DNA of 62,923 nt, the filler included, from Rhabdomonas costata (Eukaryota), in the NCBI GenBank assembly GCA_019059605.1. It is 57 parts of 57 records of this genome, joined end to end, with 100 filler letters (N's around TTAATTAATTAA, not from the genome) between each part and the next. Parts side by side here need not be neighbours in the genome. Positions count along the whole stretch, not along the records: positions 25,428 to 26,433 come from JAHMHO010034028.1; positions 26,534 to 27,539 come from JAHMHO010034029.1; positions 27,640 to 28,645 come from JAHMHO010034030.1; positions 28,746 to 29,751 come from JAHMHO010034031.1; positions 29,852 to 30,857 come from JAHMHO010034032.1; positions 30,958 to 31,963 come from JAHMHO010034033.1; positions 32,064 to 33,069 come from JAHMHO010034034.1; positions 33,170 to 34,175 come from JAHMHO010034035.1; 49 more parts are not named here. One strand, 5' to 3'. Positions 25,428 through 37,490 of this stretch are shown here, one piece after another (positions within the stretch are counted from its first letter, which is position 1; every line of letters starts with the position of its first letter). A program made the position numbers and the translations under genes. The notes under the pieces are model-generated. The model saw only the letters and a program-made list of their open reading frames with translations. It made no database searches and was not told the DNA's origin.

Positions 25428-26433
25428 GTTGGGGAGGAGCCAGATAGAGAGATGGGTGGCAGGGCTGTAGGTGGGCGGAGGGTTCGACGCAGCTATGGAG
25501 AGAGCTAGGGCTGCGGCAACGTTCCCACAGTGCGATGGAGGGAAGTGGGGCCCCGAACTGGCTAAGGGTTACAGCGCCTGTCCTCCGGAAAGTATGCCAT
25601 GTGAGGGTGCTGCATTGGCTAGGGAGAAGGAGACTGCGTACGTATGCGAGGGCGTATGCAAGGGAGTGGGTGAACAAGGGATGATTGGGAAGGAAGCTTG
25701 AGAAATACGGGGCAAGCGAGCAGAGAGGGGAGGGCAAGACGCGCCAAAACTCGGGAAGTGTGTGTGCTTCGCAGGTGTAAAACGCAAGTGTGTGTGTGTG
25801 TGTGTGTGGGAGAGATGTATGTGGACCAGAGACGCAACTCTGACATGTTGAGAAGAATGCAGTAGAGAAGGATGGCGACGTAATTGTGGGCGTTGACTGG
25901 GATGGGTCGGGGTATTGTGTAGAGCCACGAGGGGTCGATCCACACACGTGCGTTGACTGTCGGGGTCGAAAGAGAATACAGGGCCTTGACGGCGTTCCAG
26001 TGTAATCGGGAAGGGCCGACAGGTAGAGCAGAGAGCGTGAAGGAGAACTGAAGCCCAAGCGCGGATGGCAGCCAAAATGTCCTGGGGGGAGGCTGCATCG
26101 GGATCCCCTTCGATGCGTTGGGCTTTCGGGGGCAGCTCATCGTATGCGAATTTTTACAGAAGGAAGGCAACCCCATTCTGGTACCCAGCGGCGAGACAGA
26201 ACGAGAGAGAGAGAGGGTGAAGCAGTCAGAAGAGAAGTTTTGATGGCTGAAGAGGTGAGGAAAGGAAATACAGAAAGAGAAGGACTAGATGGTAAAAAGG
26301 CAGGTGGATAAAGGAGAAATCCAGTTAATATTCGGTGCTGGCACACCGGCGTTCAGATGAATATTCGGTGCTGGCACACCGGCGTTCAGATAGAAGATTG
26401 GTATGCAGCCTACAGTTCTTTCACCCAAAACCC
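25428..26433 (-). mobile_element. Decayed tyrosine-recombinase retroelement (DIRS/VIPER/TATE-like): RNase H remnants followed by YR C-terminus
   Basis: LTWHTFRRTGAVTLSQFGAPLPSIALWERCRS corresponds to YR H-x-x-R...GRW-x-S boxes, degenerate with the catalytic Tyr apparently lost; upstream VKEL*A and RWVP resemble RNase H motifs. Confidence 0.7.
26327..26391. repeat. Tandem duplication, 2 x 32 nt, period 33
   Basis: AATATTCGGTGCTGGCACACCGGCGTTCAGAT at 26327-26358 and 26360-26391. Confidence 0.92.
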
Positions 26434-29400
26434 NNNNNNNNNNNNNNNNNNNNNNNNNNNNNNNNNNNNNNNNNNNNTTAATTAATTAANNNNNNNNNNN
26501 NNNNNNNNNNNNNNNNNNNNNNNNNNNNNNNNNTTTGTTTTGTTGGACCGAATGAAGCACAGACTTGAAACGCCTCCTCAAAGTGAATTCGTCATCAAAT
26601 TGTGTTGGGCTGCGAGCATGTGCTGGGCACGTTGATGTGCAGCCCACAAGTATGCCCTTACGTAGAAAAAGAAGAAGCCGAAGAAGAAGTTCACGAAGTA
26701 GGAGAGCTTCTCCTCCAGCTACCTGAGGGCAAGCCTCGATAGGGGGCAAGTGAGAGAGGTAGTTCGTCGGATCGAAAAGAAGAGTTAGGAGGCGATCGAC
26801 TTGGGGAAGCTTGACCTGCCCTCCAGTGGCTGACGCCGCCCACAAGGGGTACCTTGCAAAACAACCAACACCGCGAGAGTAAAAAAAGGGCAAGGCACCA
26901 TGTCTTTCCTATGTCCATGCAAAAGGCCTAACGAAACGATGCTGGACAGGGTCCGCGGCCGTAGTGTTTGCCCCCTCTTCTCATTTTTGTTCATGAGTCA
27001 GGTCCACGGAAATCGCTTGATGTCCATATCAACACTGGAGAACCGTAAATGATGAGGTTCTCTTGTGTACAAATTTGCTTGTCATCGCTTTGCAGTCCCT
27101 TTCCGCCCACTCCATGGTTTCGCCAGCGAGCAACCGTTTGTTGTGATTCTTCCTCCTACACAAGATGCAGACTCAGGAATGGAAGAATCCATGAAGGAAT
27201 GAACTGAATCATTCATGAAAAATGACAGAAGCTCAGCATCGTGGACAAGGCGGGGGTCATACCCCGCTCGGAGCACCGCCTCCACCCCCACGCGCAGCGC
27301 TAGGACAGAGATGGGTAGCTCCAGGGCATGAATGTGACGCCGCGGCCGCGGCCGTCCCAGGAGATGTGCCAGGGAAGAGAACACCCCAAGAAAGTCCTGG
27401 CTGGCCCGCTTCCGCTGCTCAGGACCTGAAAGAAATTGGATGCACAAAAGCCACACAGACAGGTCACAGGCGATTCACATTTGACAGCCCTTTGCTTCCC
27501 TATTAGATAGGGGATAGAATTCACTGGTTGTGAGCCCAGNNNNNNNNNNNNNNNNNNNNNNNNNNNNNNNNNNNNNNNNNNNNTTAATTAATTAANNNNN
27601 NNNNNNNNNNNNNNNNNNNNNNNNNNNNNNNNNNNNNNNTGTGGGTTGTGGAAGCGGGAGTGTCCGGCGACCAGCGATGCCTTGGAAGCTGCTGAGGGAG
27701 GTGCAATTGAGCAACCAGAATTGACGGAGGCGGACCTTGTACAGAACTGGGACAACGGCATGCTTACTTTGAGGTTCTAGAAGCCCACGAGGGACGACAG
27801 TGTGCTTTCCAACAGCATCGTTGAAGTGCAGGACCAAGGAAGCCCGCGCTCTCAGCATTGAGCACGGACTTTTGTGCCTTTTGTACTAGTCTGAAGAGAG
27901 AGTTGTAAGAATTGGCTGGATGTGGGTTGGTAGTGGGGTGTGTTCCATCGGAATCCCACTTTTTGCGACCGCGTTGCTGACAGGGAAGTGATAGCGGGTA
28001 GAGACAGCTCTTCGTTTCCCTTAACTCTCTTTCCCCAATCCTGAGCCTTTCCATTTTGCAAGCTCAGTCGGAGATGCACCCGCGCCTTGTTGACTCTGTA
28101 TCGCATGGGGAAAGCACCGCGCTTTCTGGGAAGCTCAGCATGAGGTGCAAGTGAAAGAGCGATGAGGGAAGAGAAGGGCATAAGGATACGGGTCGCGTGG
28201 AGGGTCCCATGCAAACTGTCCCGTGCAAACTCATCACCAACCCATCCACAGGCACTCGACGCAATTCACCGCGTCGTTTATTTAGAAAATCCCAAGTCCA
28301 GGACTGGTCTTGTTTCACCAAGTTCCGAATACTGTCGCCTCCAGAGTGGAGATAGAGAAGATCAATGACATCAGACATGAGACAACTTCTTGGCCAAGAC
28401 TGTCCCCAACTGCTCCTGAGTCAAAGACCCGACAGCAAGACGAAAACCTGACGTGTCGGATGCAAAAACGGGGTGTAACCGAATTCATACTATCACCAGC
28501 CTCACTCTGGCTTTTCGGCAGTGCTTGCGTCATTTCTTTTTCCCAAAAAATGGAGCGTCTCCACCTCAAGATGTACTTCCTCAGCAGCAAGGGCAGCCTG
28601 CTTGAGATTAGGCGGGTGAACGTCGACTCCACCTTCACCACAAAANNNNNNNNNNNNNNNNNNNNNNNNNNNNNNNNNNNNNNNNNNNNTTAATTAATTA
28701 ANNNNNNNNNNNNNNNNNNNNNNNNNNNNNNNNNNNNNNNNNNNNTGTGGTGGGTGTGGTTGGGGGGTGGGGGGAAGGATACGTGCTCCGTCTTCGCACG
28801 AGGCGATGCAAATGTCCCAGCGGTGCCCGGAAGTGCGGGGACTCGTAGTTGTGTGTTTTGTGTGTGGGACCGCTATGTTTCTTTTTCCGCTTCAAAGGCT
28901 TCTGCAGTGTTTCCCCTCTTTGGGGGCGTGTTGCGGAGTTGGCGGATTTGTTGGGCCACCCACCAACACGGACACACAGGCGCGCGTCCAGAAGGCGAGT
29001 GCAGGAGAGCGCAATACGAGTCTCCGCTGAGGCGTGGGCTTGCATCCCCTGATTTATCGGCTGCCTTCTTTGCCTCCTTTTATTCTGTCGATGGTTCTCG
29101 CCCTCCCTATTCCACCCCACACCACACTTGCCCATGTGATTCTGCAGCTGAGTAGTGGGGGAGTGTGTGCGAGGGTCCTGGGCCGCAATTCGTTTCAGTG
29201 CTGTGACCTCTCTGGACATGACTGTGTTGTTCTTGCACTTTGAGCTCTTCGGATTGAGCATGGTAACGAGCAGATTGGAAGAGGGGCGAGGGGGTCGGTG
29301 AAATTTTGCTCCCCAGGACCATCGCAGCTTCGCCGAATCTGTTTTGCTTCGATCTTCGATCCCGTTTGTGGGCAAATCGTGGCTGCATTGTTGGAGCAAG

Positions 29401-29903
29401 TTGCTTGTAAATGCAGCTAAGTTATTGTTCCGACTTATGTTTCCCTTTGGAAACCCCATGATTTAATGTTCCACTGGGAGGCATGCATGCATTGTTGTCA
29501 AAAAGCCGCTTGTGTTCATAGGCATTCGCAATTTTTGGGAAATGATAGGAACAGTCCCCGAACGAAATCCTTTGGATGATTCCAACCATTGAAAGCATCT
29601 TGTCTGCTTCTTACAAAGCCTTATGAAATGGGAAAGGGGTACTGTCTGCTTTTGTCATGTGCCGCCCTCGGACTGGTGTGCTTCTTGCCCATCCTAGTTC
29701 CCTCCCCGGGTCCCTCCACCTCACCCAGCCCCCGCATCCAGACCCCACACANNNNNNNNNNNNNNNNNNNNNNNNNNNNNNNNNNNNNNNNNNNNTTAAT
29801 TAATTAANNNNNNNNNNNNNNNNNNNNNNNNNNNNNNNNNNNNNNNNNNNNGTTTTTTGGGTGGCACTGGCACTGACTGGTGGCTTCACTTTTGGAGACA
29901 TAC

Positions 29904-30763
29904 GGAAGAGCTCTGCGAGGGTGCTGACCGCCGAGGGCCGCAAGGCACCCAGCAACTGCTCCGCGGTGAGGTCCAGCACGAAGGCACGCTCCCCGGCAGG
30001 CTCGCACATCACCAGCTCGGGCGCCTCCACGGCTCGGGCTAGGTCTCGTAGCACAAAGATCGCCGTCCCTGCCCCCCTCCCCTTCCTCGCTGTATGATCC
30101 GACCGTCATTCGAGACAAAGTCAGCGGGTGAGTAAACGAGAGTTTCTTTGTGCTTCTTTTCATGTCGCGAGTTGCATGTGGTAGGTGCAAGGGTGCATTT
30201 CAGGTTACTTTCTCTAAAGTGGGAGGGAAGTCTGGACGGTGTTCTGAGGCTGGAAACCTGGATATTGGCCACAGGAAAACGCGTGCACATTCGTTACACG
30301 CTGCCCTAGCCAATTCTGAAGGCGGCTTCTCACATAGCGCCGAGGACGTTCAAACTATCTTTCAGAAGGGGGATGGTACTGAGCCCAAGGAGACGCCGAG
30401 ACTGTGAATCCGGGAAAGCCAATATTGAGAGGGAAAACGCACCACTAGTCACCACCATCACCACCACCACCAGCGACCATCGAGTTAACCTTGCCATTCG
30501 TAGGACCCAACCCCAGAGCGGCTAGGAAGCGCCAAGAACTAAACTATGACTCACGGTGAAATTCCGGTATGTGGGACGGACGCAAGCCGACAAACGCGCG
30601 CAGGAGGAGAGAACAGAAGAGGCGGCCGGGGAGGTGGGTGGTGGCACGCACAGAAGCAGCCCAGGTTGGTCCTGTCCAGCGAGTCTCGGCAGTTGAACCG
30701 CAAAAGCCCCTTCTGCAGCCGCCCCGTGCACGCCCGGGCCACAACCGACCGAGTGGGGTCCAC
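29904..30763 (-). CDS. SAC-domain phosphoinositide phosphatase (SAC9-like); exons 30763-30652 and 30068-29904
   Basis: LQKGLLRFNCRDSLDRTN catalytic CX5R motif; phase-1 intron gives NLGCF|WTAIFVL...VSTLAELF. Confidence 0.88.
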
Positions 30764-31448
30764 CTGAGCACGGGTACAAAGCTTCAAAAACATCCAAACA
30801 CCACTTTACAGGGCTTTCGCATTTCTTCCTCGAAGAAGAAGAAGAAGAAAAACACAANNNNNNNNNNNNNNNNNNNNNNNNNNNNNNNNNNNNNNNNNNN
30901 NTTAATTAATTAANNNNNNNNNNNNNNNNNNNNNNNNNNNNNNNNNNNNNNNNNNNNGTTTGTTTTGTAACTTTTCTTAGGTGGTGACCGCTGGGGTTCC
31001 CTTCTGGACAGAGGTATTGCCCATCATACTCTTTATCTTTTGGGGGGGATGGAACTAATTACTCTTTGCCTTCCCAACAACCACCTATCCAGTTTAAGCC
31101 CACTTTGGTGGTTGAGGGACGGGACTGCCGGATGTGCTATCTATAATACATGTGTTATATTCGTACAGTCGCTTGAGTTCGCTCGGCTGGGCGCGTTGTC
31201 GCGGTGTAGCTGGATGGGTGGGCAGGACGTGTGATAAGGCCTCTACCTCAAGCACATGCCGATTCGCGACCGCACCTTTGCTCTCTCTGTGTTACTTCTT
31301 CGCTGAGGAACCTGCTACATCTCCTGGGCAGTGAATTTAGCAATTGCTGGTGTTGTACTCTTACCACCTTTGGACACTTGGCCCGCTTTGGAATCTGTCA
31401 CATAGACGTGTATTGGTGAATTTGTGTGCTTCGGGGGATTTCTCATAG

Positions 31449-31593
31449 AAGCGGCGCAGGCACTTCGCCACGCTGATGCTTCTGAAGTGGCACCGCAGCT
31501 GCCTGTCCCCCGGGGAGCCCGTGGGTGTTGTCGCCGCGCAGAGCGTGGGCGAGCCCAGTACCCAGATGACCCTGAACACCTTCCCCCACACCG
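31449..31593 (+). CDS. RPA1: RNA polymerase I largest subunit, exon covering region G / trigger loop
   Basis: [45 protein letters not shown] and [11 protein letters not shown] are Pol I type; tag acceptor, GTATGC donor. Confidence 0.9.
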
Positions 31594-33566
31594 GTATGCC
31601 GTCGGGGGGCTGCTGTGCATCAATGTGTGTGTCCGTTGGCGGGTTAGTGTTCGTCGGACGGAGGTGTTCCGAGCCCGCTGCGAGGGCTCTTATAGCCGGA
31701 CTTTGGCAGGTGCTTCTGTTTGGTTGCTGTTGCTGTGGACAATCATTGTCGAAAAGGCTAGAAATGAATTCGGACGGCTCTGCCCGAGTAGACACCTCTG
31801 CAGATGGAATTGGGGGTCGAGCACACGGTTTCTTCGGCACGATGAACTAACTGCCTATTGCACTCTTCTGTTTCACTTTCTCCGCCCTCAAGTTTAAAAA
31901 TCAAACTGTCTTTCCAATGCACAACAGACTCTATGTGACTCGAGCTGCTGCTGCCCCCCCCACNNNNNNNNNNNNNNNNNNNNNNNNNNNNNNNNNNNNN
32001 NNNNNNNTTAATTAATTAANNNNNNNNNNNNNNNNNNNNNNNNNNNNNNNNNNNNNNNNNNNNGTGGGGTGTGGTGCAGCGCAAGCAGAGTTTTGAATAT
32101 TTTGACCGTTGTGCTGTGTACAGTTAGTCGTGTAGTGTTAATGTAGACTTTGATTTTGGCTCGTAGCTGTGCTCACATTGCTTATGCGTACAACCGTGGA
32201 ATATTGCAAAACTGCGAAAGGCAAAACGGCACACTTACACACATGAAGTGCGTGTGTTAGTTACAACTGGCAAATCCAAGCACGCAACAGGCATAAGGCA
32301 TTCAAAAGCACACACCACTTAGACTTGCAGACCACACGCAGTCATTATGCCAAGAGGTTTTGGGGATAAAGCTTGCGCGCATTAGCATCTTCTTAGCGCC
32401 TCAAACAAACTATTTAACAGCGCCATTACATTGAAGTCAAAGAAAAGCCTCAGATCACTCAGCAGACAAAAACACCCACATAATGAAGGCGCACACCGGA
32501 GTCTTCATCAACGTTTAAAGAAACGAGTATCAGTCGCATGTAAACATAATATTGCAGTTAATTGCAAACGAGGAAGGCATGTCAACTACGACAGGTGATT
32601 TTTCTTCATCAAGTATGCGAGCCTCTGCAAATATCATGGAATCCAGTTTCATCACACAAATAATACACATTTGTCACATTGTTGGTAACAAATTTCACTG
32701 CATTGAGATCCGCATTAAGTTTGAATAACGCTCAGGAGCAATAACAAGCTGAATGAGCTGCCCAGTGAGAATCGTGAAGATTGTCCCATATTCTTAACTG
32801 TACTTGACGGTTCCGTTGAAGTATCCAAGAGTCAGATCTACACTTGCATGTCGTGCACCGCCACCATCTCAATAATCATTCTCGTGAATTCTTTCACAGA
32901 GGCGTCCTTTTTTGGTGTTTGGTGTGTAGAGTACACATAAAACAGCTAAGTCTAATAGAAATGCGCAGGCGTTAAGTAGCAAAAACCCAATCCATCGTGC
33001 AACAGTTTCCACGCCACCAGTTGTGGTCTTCGAGTGAAGAAAGCGACACTGGTGAAGACCCCACACCCCNNNNNNNNNNNNNNNNNNNNNNNNNNNNNNN
33101 NNNNNNNNNNNNNTTAATTAATTAANNNNNNNNNNNNNNNNNNNNNNNNNNNNNNNNNNNNNNNNNNNNTGTGTCTCAATGTCAGTGGTACTTCTGTCTC
33201 TACGCGTTACTCTGCATCATGTTGTGAGTGGGCCCTAGACGTTTTGGGAGGCCCACTGTACATAGAAAAGACCCCGGGGCTGATTCGGGTTTGCCCTCGA
33301 ATTGGCGATATTTGATAAAGGATATTTTTAGGCCTTTGGACACCTGACACTGACACTGAGCCACAACTCAGAGTTCTTTCTGCCGGCCTCATAATGGCTG
33401 GCCCTCCTGCTTGTTTCCCAAAAAAGAAATGCTTGCCTGCCGTGGAAGGAAAAATAAAAGGGGGGAGTGATAGAAAGCGGAGCTATGCCGAACGGGAACG
33501 CCGCTTGATGAAGAACGACCGCGCTCTGCTCCATCCTCAGAAGCCGCCATTTCCTCACAGCGCCCA

Positions 33567-34175
33567 ATGTATCGGTGTCCCCTGTGCAGCTCTCGCACCT
33601 GGTCCCAGCTGGACCCCGCTGGACCCCTGCTCAAACACATCGAGTGTTTTTATCTTGCAGCAGATGAGTACCCACCCCAGGTGCTCACTGTGCCAGCTGT
33701 TGGTAGCTCAGCTGTCGCAGATGTGAGCGGACGGAGGAACTCGGCAAGCAGTCCCCAGAGCAAGAGGAGGACCTGATGGCCTCAATGTCGGAGCTGGAGG
33801 AGAGGGAGGATCCCTCGGACCTTCCCCACGGTACGCTAAGATACATCCCCCCGGGGGTGCGGCCACAATGGACGGCGGCTCTTACGGCAGAGCTGAGTGG
33901 TTACCTCGCTGAGCGGTCCAGGCTTCGCGCTCTTCAGCTGGTTCGGATGCCCCGGTTGGTGCTGGCTCCTTGTGCCCGTGGTGGCAAACGGCACGACCGG
34001 CAAATCAATCAGGTAATCGAGCGCCGCCTCAGAATGTGGATGTGCGGCCGTAGGCTTGAACTTCTTCGTGAAGTCAGGGAAGAGTTCAAAAAGCAGCTTC
34101 TCAGGCGACGTGGCCGCACGCCCGCAGCTGTCGCAGACGAGGTGTGCCCGCTTTCTCGCTCGACGAGGAAAGCCG
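33567..34175 (+). mobile_element. CRE/SLACS-clade non-LTR retrotransposon, N-terminal region (Zn-finger remnant plus pre-RT domain)
   Basis: YRCPLC...LLKHIE zinc-finger-like segment, then TLRYIP..VR..W...L...L...PRLVL...RGG......IERRL..W..G...L, typical of the region preceding CRE-type RT; intronless, frame change near 33776. Confidence 0.75.
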
Positions 34176-34275
34176 NNNNNNNNNNNNNNNNNNNNNNNNN
34201 NNNNNNNNNNNNNNNNNNNTTAATTAATTAANNNNNNNNNNNNNNNNNNNNNNNNNNNNNNNNNNNNNNNNNNNN

Positions 34276-34565
34276 TTGGGAAGCACCCCAAAATGGCGTA
34301 CCGCTTGAGTAAGATGGGTGCGCAGCTTCAGGGGGCGGAGCTGCGCCACCAGCCAATCAAAACGGAGTGGAAGACCAGTGAGTATTGGCTGAAGCGCTCC
34401 GTGGACTGCGCCAGGCAAGCCGTGGGGGACCAGCACCCGCTGCTTGCGTATTGCTTGGAGTGGGCTGCTTCTCGAAAGTACGGCGAAGAGGCGGATCGGA
34501 TGCATGAAGAGGCGGAACGAATTCGAACTGCAACTCGCACTAAGATGTGGTCCAGCGGGATCTAA
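34276..34565 (+). CDS. C-terminal exon with kinesin-light-chain-type TPR
   Basis: SEYWLKRSVDCARQAVGDQHPLLAYCLE...EEADRMHEEAERIR then TAA. Confidence 0.6.
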
Positions 34566-35429
34566 GGAGTTGCTTTAGCACTGCTCAGCACTTCTAAGGT
34601 GAACGTTTCCTTTCTGGTCGAACGGCACGCTATGCAAGCGAGAACTTGTTTGGGGTCGATGAGGCTTAGGAATGAGTGTGGGATGGCTCTCACAAACGTG
34701 CACATTTTCACTCGCTTTTGGATGTAACCTGCTTTCGTGGTATGTTGTGTCTTGCCCGTTATTGTGCTCTCTCCTATTTCTTTGTACCTTTTAGCCTTTG
34801 TCGGCTCGCTCCGGCATCGTTTGGGTTTGGACTGCTGCAGCTTTTTCTGTCGTTTAGCACTCTTCTCCCCTTCCCCATTTTTGCTCCTCGAACGCGAAAT
34901 CCTCCTCGTAGTTCACTTTTGTCTTGAGCGGCGGACAAGGAATGGTCTTGGTTCTGTAGGATGGTATTATGGATCGTATAATGTGTAGTTTTCCAGACGA
35001 GGTGAAATAGAATCACACGGGCAAAGGATATGTCTTTGGCTTTTTGTAGGGTCACCTCTTCGCGCAGTGATACCCTTGCTTGTTGGGCCCCCAGTGTCCG
35101 TCTTGTCTGTGGTCCCACCAGATGAGAGCGTGGGCGTTTTTTGGTCTTTCTGTAGGAGTTTTATTGAAGCATTGTATAGTTCTAGAGATTCTCGGGTTTT
35201 GGTTAGAAGCGGTTTTGGCAATGCGGAAGTTAATCTCTGCCCGTTTAGACAGACTGATGTTCGTAAGAAAAAACAAACCCANNNNNNNNNNNNNNNNNNN
35301 NNNNNNNNNNNNNNNNNNNNNNNNNTTAATTAATTAANNNNNNNNNNNNNNNNNNNNNNNNNNNNNNNNNNNNNNNNNNNNGTGGGTGGTGTAGCCGAAC
35401 CGTTGCCGAACAATCCTCATCTGGTACCG

Positions 35430-35925
35430 AACCAAGCGTAATCAATCATCTCGTAGATTCGTGGTAAAGTGTACATATCTGTAACCTTAATTGCATTGAG
35501 CGGTATGTAACATACGCACAGCCTAAACTACCGTTGACCTTTGGAACTAACAGCACCACTGCGCAATAAAGAGAGGTTTATGGATCTACAAAACCAAGCT
35601 CCTGAGGACTCTTCAGTTGCTTTCGCAATTCACCATCTTCCGCCCTGGACATTTGCTGCAGCCTCTTGCTTCAAATCAATCATGTGGTCCGTCCTCCTTG
35701 AATGTGTAACCATGCTGTAACTGGAAATATATGCGCGAACTCTTGATTTAACTTCTCGATATCTTGAGGTGTTGATAACACCGCAAAATGGTTGCCACAA
35801 ATGCTGTTGTCCATTTAGCAAACTCATCCCAGTCACAAACTGATAATGGTAAACCTAAACGTTTTCTACTGACATTTTCAGCTGCTACAACATACAAACC
35901 ACAATATAGTCCCATGTCTGGAGCA
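35430..35925 (-). mobile_element. Decayed Ty3/Gypsy LTR-retrotransposon pol (start of RT)
   Basis: DHMIDL...ELRKQLKSPQELGFVDP*TSLYCAVVLLVPKVNGS/RLCVCYIPLNAIKVTDMYTLPRIYEMID matches Gypsy RT motifs; stop and frameshifts present. Confidence 0.88.
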
Positions 35926-36186
35926 AATCAGCCTATTGGGCGATTCAGCAAATTCTTTCTAGTCAGCAATCGTCTTCCATGGCGCTCAATCTATCTGGCG
36001 TATTACCCCAAGGCTTTTGCGGAGTAAATAACTTTCACCTGATCTGGAACACAAATATCCTTTATCTCCTCTACCAAAATGAACATTGCAAAAAACATGC
36101 TTGATTCCAGTCGCAATTCCGGAATTCTGTATCTTTCTCTTGCAACTTTTGCAACGCTCCTGGCGAACCTTCCGGCGGCTTACAAG

Positions 36187-36345
36187 GAGAAGGTGGCCTT
36201 CCGGGAGCGCAACTTGGGCGCCGAGGCCTCTCAGCTGACCGAGGCTCAGCTCAAGAAGTTGGACTCCGGGCTGAAGAAGAACACCGCGCTGATCAAGAAG
36301 CTCAAGGCCTTCTCGGATAGCAACGCGGAGGCGTTGCTGAAGGAA
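36187..36345 (+). CDS. UPF2: Regulator of nonsense transcripts 2, N-terminal MIF4G exon (5' boundary uncertain)
   Basis: FRERNL...LKKLDSGLKKNTALIKKLK matches the UPF2 LDSslKKNTafvKKL signature; GTGAGT donor. Confidence 0.88.
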
Positions 36346-36569
36346 GTGAGTGCCGGACCCTAACCACCACCCCCCAAACACACCCACNNNNNNNNNNNNN
36401 NNNNNNNNNNNNNNNNNNNNNNNNNNNNNNNTTAATTAATTAANNNNNNNNNNNNNNNNNNNNNNNNNNNNNNNNNNNNNNNNNNNNGTTTGTTTTTGGC
36501 AAAAAATATTGAACCGGCAATTCTTTGCCAAAAACAAGGGGGACAAAGCCAGAAACAGCGATTGCGCAC

Positions 36570-37490
36570 CTGATCATCTCCACCATGCACGGGATTAGAT
36601 TCTCATAGGCCATCACCTGCTCAATAATCTTGTCAAAGGCCATCAAAGGGTTGGAGTGTGCAATTTTAGCCAGGGAGCGCCCGTACGTCCGGGTGGACTC
36701 CTTAGCAATCCTTTTGCAGATGTTACTCGTGTCCCGAGTGGCCAGGTTCTTCAGGAGCAGCAGGCGGTAGTTGGGGGCGGCGTACTCTTTCTGGAAGCTG
36801 CCGTAGATCAGAAACCGCTTCTCGTAGGGGATCAGCTTGAGCACCTCCCACAGCTCGTAGCACAGGCTTGGGTTGGAGGGGATCACCGCAAGGGCGGGGA
36901 ACAGAACCTGACAAAAGGAAAAACACAGCGGGGTTTGCGAGACGACAATAATGACGTGGTCAGTTGTGAAACTTAATGAAAATGTTCAGGATCTGCAGGT
37001 ACGCAATCATTTCATGATTTCCGGGTGCACCGGGGAATCTGCAACCAGGGCACCAATGTCCCCAGTTCTGTCACTGCAACGGGGCCTTTATATAACAGTG
37101 ACATATTTGAAGTGCTGCTATAATGTCTCTTGGCGGCCGAGCACCAAATAGAACAATGGGCACGTGTGGACACTGAGCACCGAAACGACCGAATTCATCA
37201 ATCCCATACTGCCCACCTCGCACGGATGAAAGTGCAAATGCAGAGGCGAGGATACGACCCGGAAAGCCACACCTTGGGGCCAATCTTCTCCAGCCAGGGC
37301 CGGATGTCCACAACGTCGCGCTGCTCCGTGGCTAGCAGCTGGTGCAGCACCCGGCATAGCCTTGTAAAGAGCTCCACGTCCTGGCTCAGATGGACCCCCA
37401 GCTGCAGCAGCAGCGGCAGCGCCAGGCGCTCGAACCTCCGCAGTTGCTCGACGGTGGGCGGGCGAGCCCGGTTCTCGCGCCCCCCCAAAC
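36570..37490 (-). CDS. THOC2: THO complex subunit 2, partial; exons about 37490-37273 and 36907-36570
   Basis: LGVHLSQDVELFTRLCR...|VLFPALAVIPSNP..ELWEVLK.IPYEKRF.IYG...KRIAKE..R.YGR.LAK.AHSNP......EQVMAYENLI..MVE; phase-0 GT-AG intron. Confidence 0.93.

Noticed and set aside
32860..33069. Possible piggyBac C-terminal remnant on the minus strand (TGGVETV...FLLDLAV..VLY)
   Set aside because: Spacing too short and similarity too weak to call without a search
36187..37490. UPF2 next to THOC2 as an mRNA-surveillance gene cluster
   Set aside because: They lie on different contigs separated by a spacer; adjacency is arbitrary
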